DNA from: Candidatus Binatia bacterium
GTDB lineage: Bacteria > Desulfobacterota > Binatia > DP-6
Reading direction: 5' to 3'
DNA length: 64,000 nucleotides
NCBI GenBank assembly: GCA_036009625.1
Contig: DASYLJ010000167.1
Span: 1,323 to 65,322 of the forward strand
The position numbers and the translations under genes are program-made. Position 1 is the first letter of the stretch, and the number at the start of each line of letters is the position of its first letter. The notes beneath the pieces were generated by a model. It was not told the origin of the DNA and did not search any database. It saw only the letters and a program-made list of their open reading frames with translations. Positions 62,562-64,000 of the stretch are shown piece by piece.

Positions 62562-64000
62562 ATGAGCAGTCGCATGGTCCCGTCCGGGTTCGGAGTCGCC
62601 GTGGTCGTTGGGCTTCTTGGCGCGTTCTCGCAGGCGCTCGCGGTGGACATCCCGCTCGACGGCAGCCGCATGCGGATCAGCGATTCGCCCCATCCCCAGG
62701 GGCGGCGCAATACCGTCGGACTCCAGGATGTCGACGTGGCGCTGGCGACGCTCGACCCGACCGTGACCGGCGCCACCGTGTCGCTCGGCCGCGTGGGCGC
62801 GGGCGCGGTGACGGTGCTCGACCTGCCGGCGAGCGGCTGGACCCGGACCGGCAACGCCCCCCGAGCCGACTTCAAGTTCAAGAGCCGGACGGACCCGGTC
62901 GTCTCGGCGCGGCTGATCGATGGACGGTCGCTGCGGTTCTCCGCGTACGGTGCGGGCGCATATGCCCTCGGCGGGACGGCGCAGGATGCCGTGGGCGTGA
63001 CCGTGCAAGTTGGTGGGACGCGCTTCTGCGGTCTCTTCGGCGGGACGATCGATCGCGACGATGGCCAGCAGTTCAAAGCGCGGCGAGCGCCTGCACCGAC
63101 GGCCTGCCCCGCACTGGGAACGGCGCCGACGACCACGACGACGGTGTCGACGACGACCAGCACGACCGAGTCGACCACGACGACTTCGGAGTCCACGACT
63201 AGCACCTCCGAGTCGACGACGACGACGAGCGTGTCGACGACGAGCAGCAGCTCGACCTCGACGACGATCCAGTCGACGACGACCACCACGACGACGACCA
63301 CGACCACGACGACGTCGATCCCATCGACGACGACCAGCACCACGATCCCATCGACCACGACCACGACGATCTCCCTGCCAGCCTGTGGCGCGGATGGGGA
63401 CTGCGACGACGGAAACGCCTGCACCGTCGATTCGTGCGACGTCGCTTCGGGCACGTGCGCGAATCCTCCCGCGACGGAGTGCGCTCCGTGCGACGATGGC
63501 AACGGCTGCACCCAGATCGACTACTGTCGGGCTGGCGCATGCGTCGGGAGTTCGGACGTCGTCTGTGGCGGCGACATCTGCGATCCCTCGACCGGGAAGT
63601 GCCCCCGCCCAATGTCCGACTGCGGCGGCAGCCTCTGCCCCGTGGGGGACTGCTGCGGTGGCACCTGCCTCCCGCCTGGAACGATGTGCGGTCTGACCTG
63701 CAGCGTGACGACCACCGAGCGGTGCGATGACAACTCCGACTGCCTCGACTGTTTCTTCGACGACCGATGCCAGGCCGGTGAGACCTGTACGGGGCAGGGC
63801 ATCTTCCCGAGAAACTGTGGCGCTGGGATCTGCCCCAACGACCGATCCTGCTGCGGCGGTAGCGTCTGCTGCGACAGCGCCACCGAAACGTGCGCGCTCG
63901 GCCAGTGCGTGCCTACGTGTGAGTCTCCCAACATCGCATGCGGCGCTGCCTGCTGTGCCGACGGAGAAGTATGCGTCGGGGGCACCTGCAAGACCCAGTG
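62562..64000 (+). CDS. secreted protein, 3'-partial: shared N-terminal domain, Thr/Ser linker, Cys-rich C-terminal region
   Basis: Not in the supplied ORF track (no stop before the window end); I translated it by hand. GAGGAG lies before the ATG at 62562. Signal peptide is MSSRMVPSGFGVAVVVGLLGAFSQALA. The N-domain ends GGTRFCGLFGGTIDRDDGQQFKARRAPAPTACP. A T/S linker follows. The Cys-rich part is CGADGDCDDGNACTVDSCD...CCGGSVCCDS...CCADGEVCVGGTC. Confidence 0.8.
   Translation, partial: MSSRMVPSGFGVAVVVGLLGAFSQALAVDIPLDGSRMRISDSPHPQGRRNTVGLQDVDVALATLDPTVTGATVSLGRVGAGAVTVLDLPASGWTRTGNAPRADFKFKSRTDPVVSARLIDGRSLRFSAYGAGAYALGGTAQDAVGVTVQVGGTRFCGLFGGTIDRDDGQQFKARRAPAPTACPALGTAPTTTTTVSTTTSTTESTTTTSESTTSTSESTTTTSVSTTSSSSTSTTIQSTTTTTTTTTTTTTSIPSTTTSTTIPSTTTTTISLPACGADGDCDDGNACTVDSCDVASGTCANPPATECAPCDDGNGCTQIDYCRAGACVGSSDVVCGGDICDPSTGKCPRPMSDCGGSLCPVGDCCGGTCLPPGTMCGLTCSVTTTERCDDNSDCLDCFFDDRCQAGETCTGQGIFPRNCGAGICPNDRSCCGGSVCCDSATETCALGQCVPTCESPNIACGAACCADGEVCVGGTCKTQ
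63128..63369 (+). repeat. low-complexity Thr/Ser-coding tract
   Basis: Encodes TTTTTVSTTTSTTESTTTTSESTTSTSESTTTTSVSTTSSSSTSTTIQSTTTTTTTTTTTTTSIPSTTTSTTIPSTTTTT. It has the same codon-repeat style as 55905-56066. Confidence 0.85.

Noticed and set aside
61164-63511. Minus ORFs 61164..63008 and 62558..63511 (poly-Val)
   Set aside because: The first is an out-of-frame shadow of cfa and of the new plus-strand gene. The second is the mirror image of the Thr/Ser linker codons.
1-64000. Search for tRNA/rRNA, transposase, integrase or phage genes
   Set aside because: I found no T-loop/acceptor-like signatures in intergenic regions and no DDE/tyrosine-recombinase motifs in any frame. The absence is stated from visual scanning only and should be confirmed with tRNAscan-SE, Infernal and ISfinder.

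Overview
High-GC (roughly 70% by eye) bacterial chromosomal window, densely coding on both strands. I call about 55 protein genes, and recognised no rRNA, tRNA, CRISPR array, transposase or integrase. All functional calls come from motif and architecture recognition by eye; no database search was possible. The gene content suggests a Myxococcota/deltaproteobacteria-like lineage (inference): Ser/Thr-kinase-STAND fusions, GAF-AAA+ sigma-54-type activators, Cys-rich/TSP3/beta-helix secreted proteins, DUF3604, and a CSLREA-like domain.

Layout:
- 1-14 kb: enzymes and signalling genes. These include a frameshifted MscS, cysE-cysK, a methyltransferase, a hybrid histidine kinase, a cysteine dioxygenase-rhodanese pair and a FecR-like protein.
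- 15-26 kb: a translationally coupled reductase / FAD-oxidoreductase / unknown / polyprenyl-synthase operon. It converges on a kinase-cyclase-like-STAND-TPR operon that carries two unknown partners, one a distant paralog of the unknown in the isoprenoid operon.
- 26-34 kb: regulators. These are a coupled pair of paralogous GAF-AAA+-HTH proteins (one a pseudo-ATPase, the other with GAHSTA in place of GAFTGA) and a wHTH-AAA-TPR regulator.
- 34-39 kb: a Cys-type UGSC-family three-gene module and an MFS-zf-UBP fusion.
- 39-64 kb: a secretome island. It holds a 1247-aa multidomain protein, an S15 hydrolase, DUF3604-PPIase-HupE, and VapBC. It also has a beta-helix protein with six tandem ADAM-disintegrin-loop-like repeats plus TSP3 repeats, a CSLREA-like beta-helix protein, DUF2950/DUF3300, and a 3'-partial Cys-rich protein.

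Best candidates for something undescribed:
- the STAND-kinase operon with its paralogous unknowns flanking the isoprenoid operon;
- the coupled active/degenerate EBP pair;
- the disintegrin-like repeat array;
- a domain shared by several of the secreted proteins.
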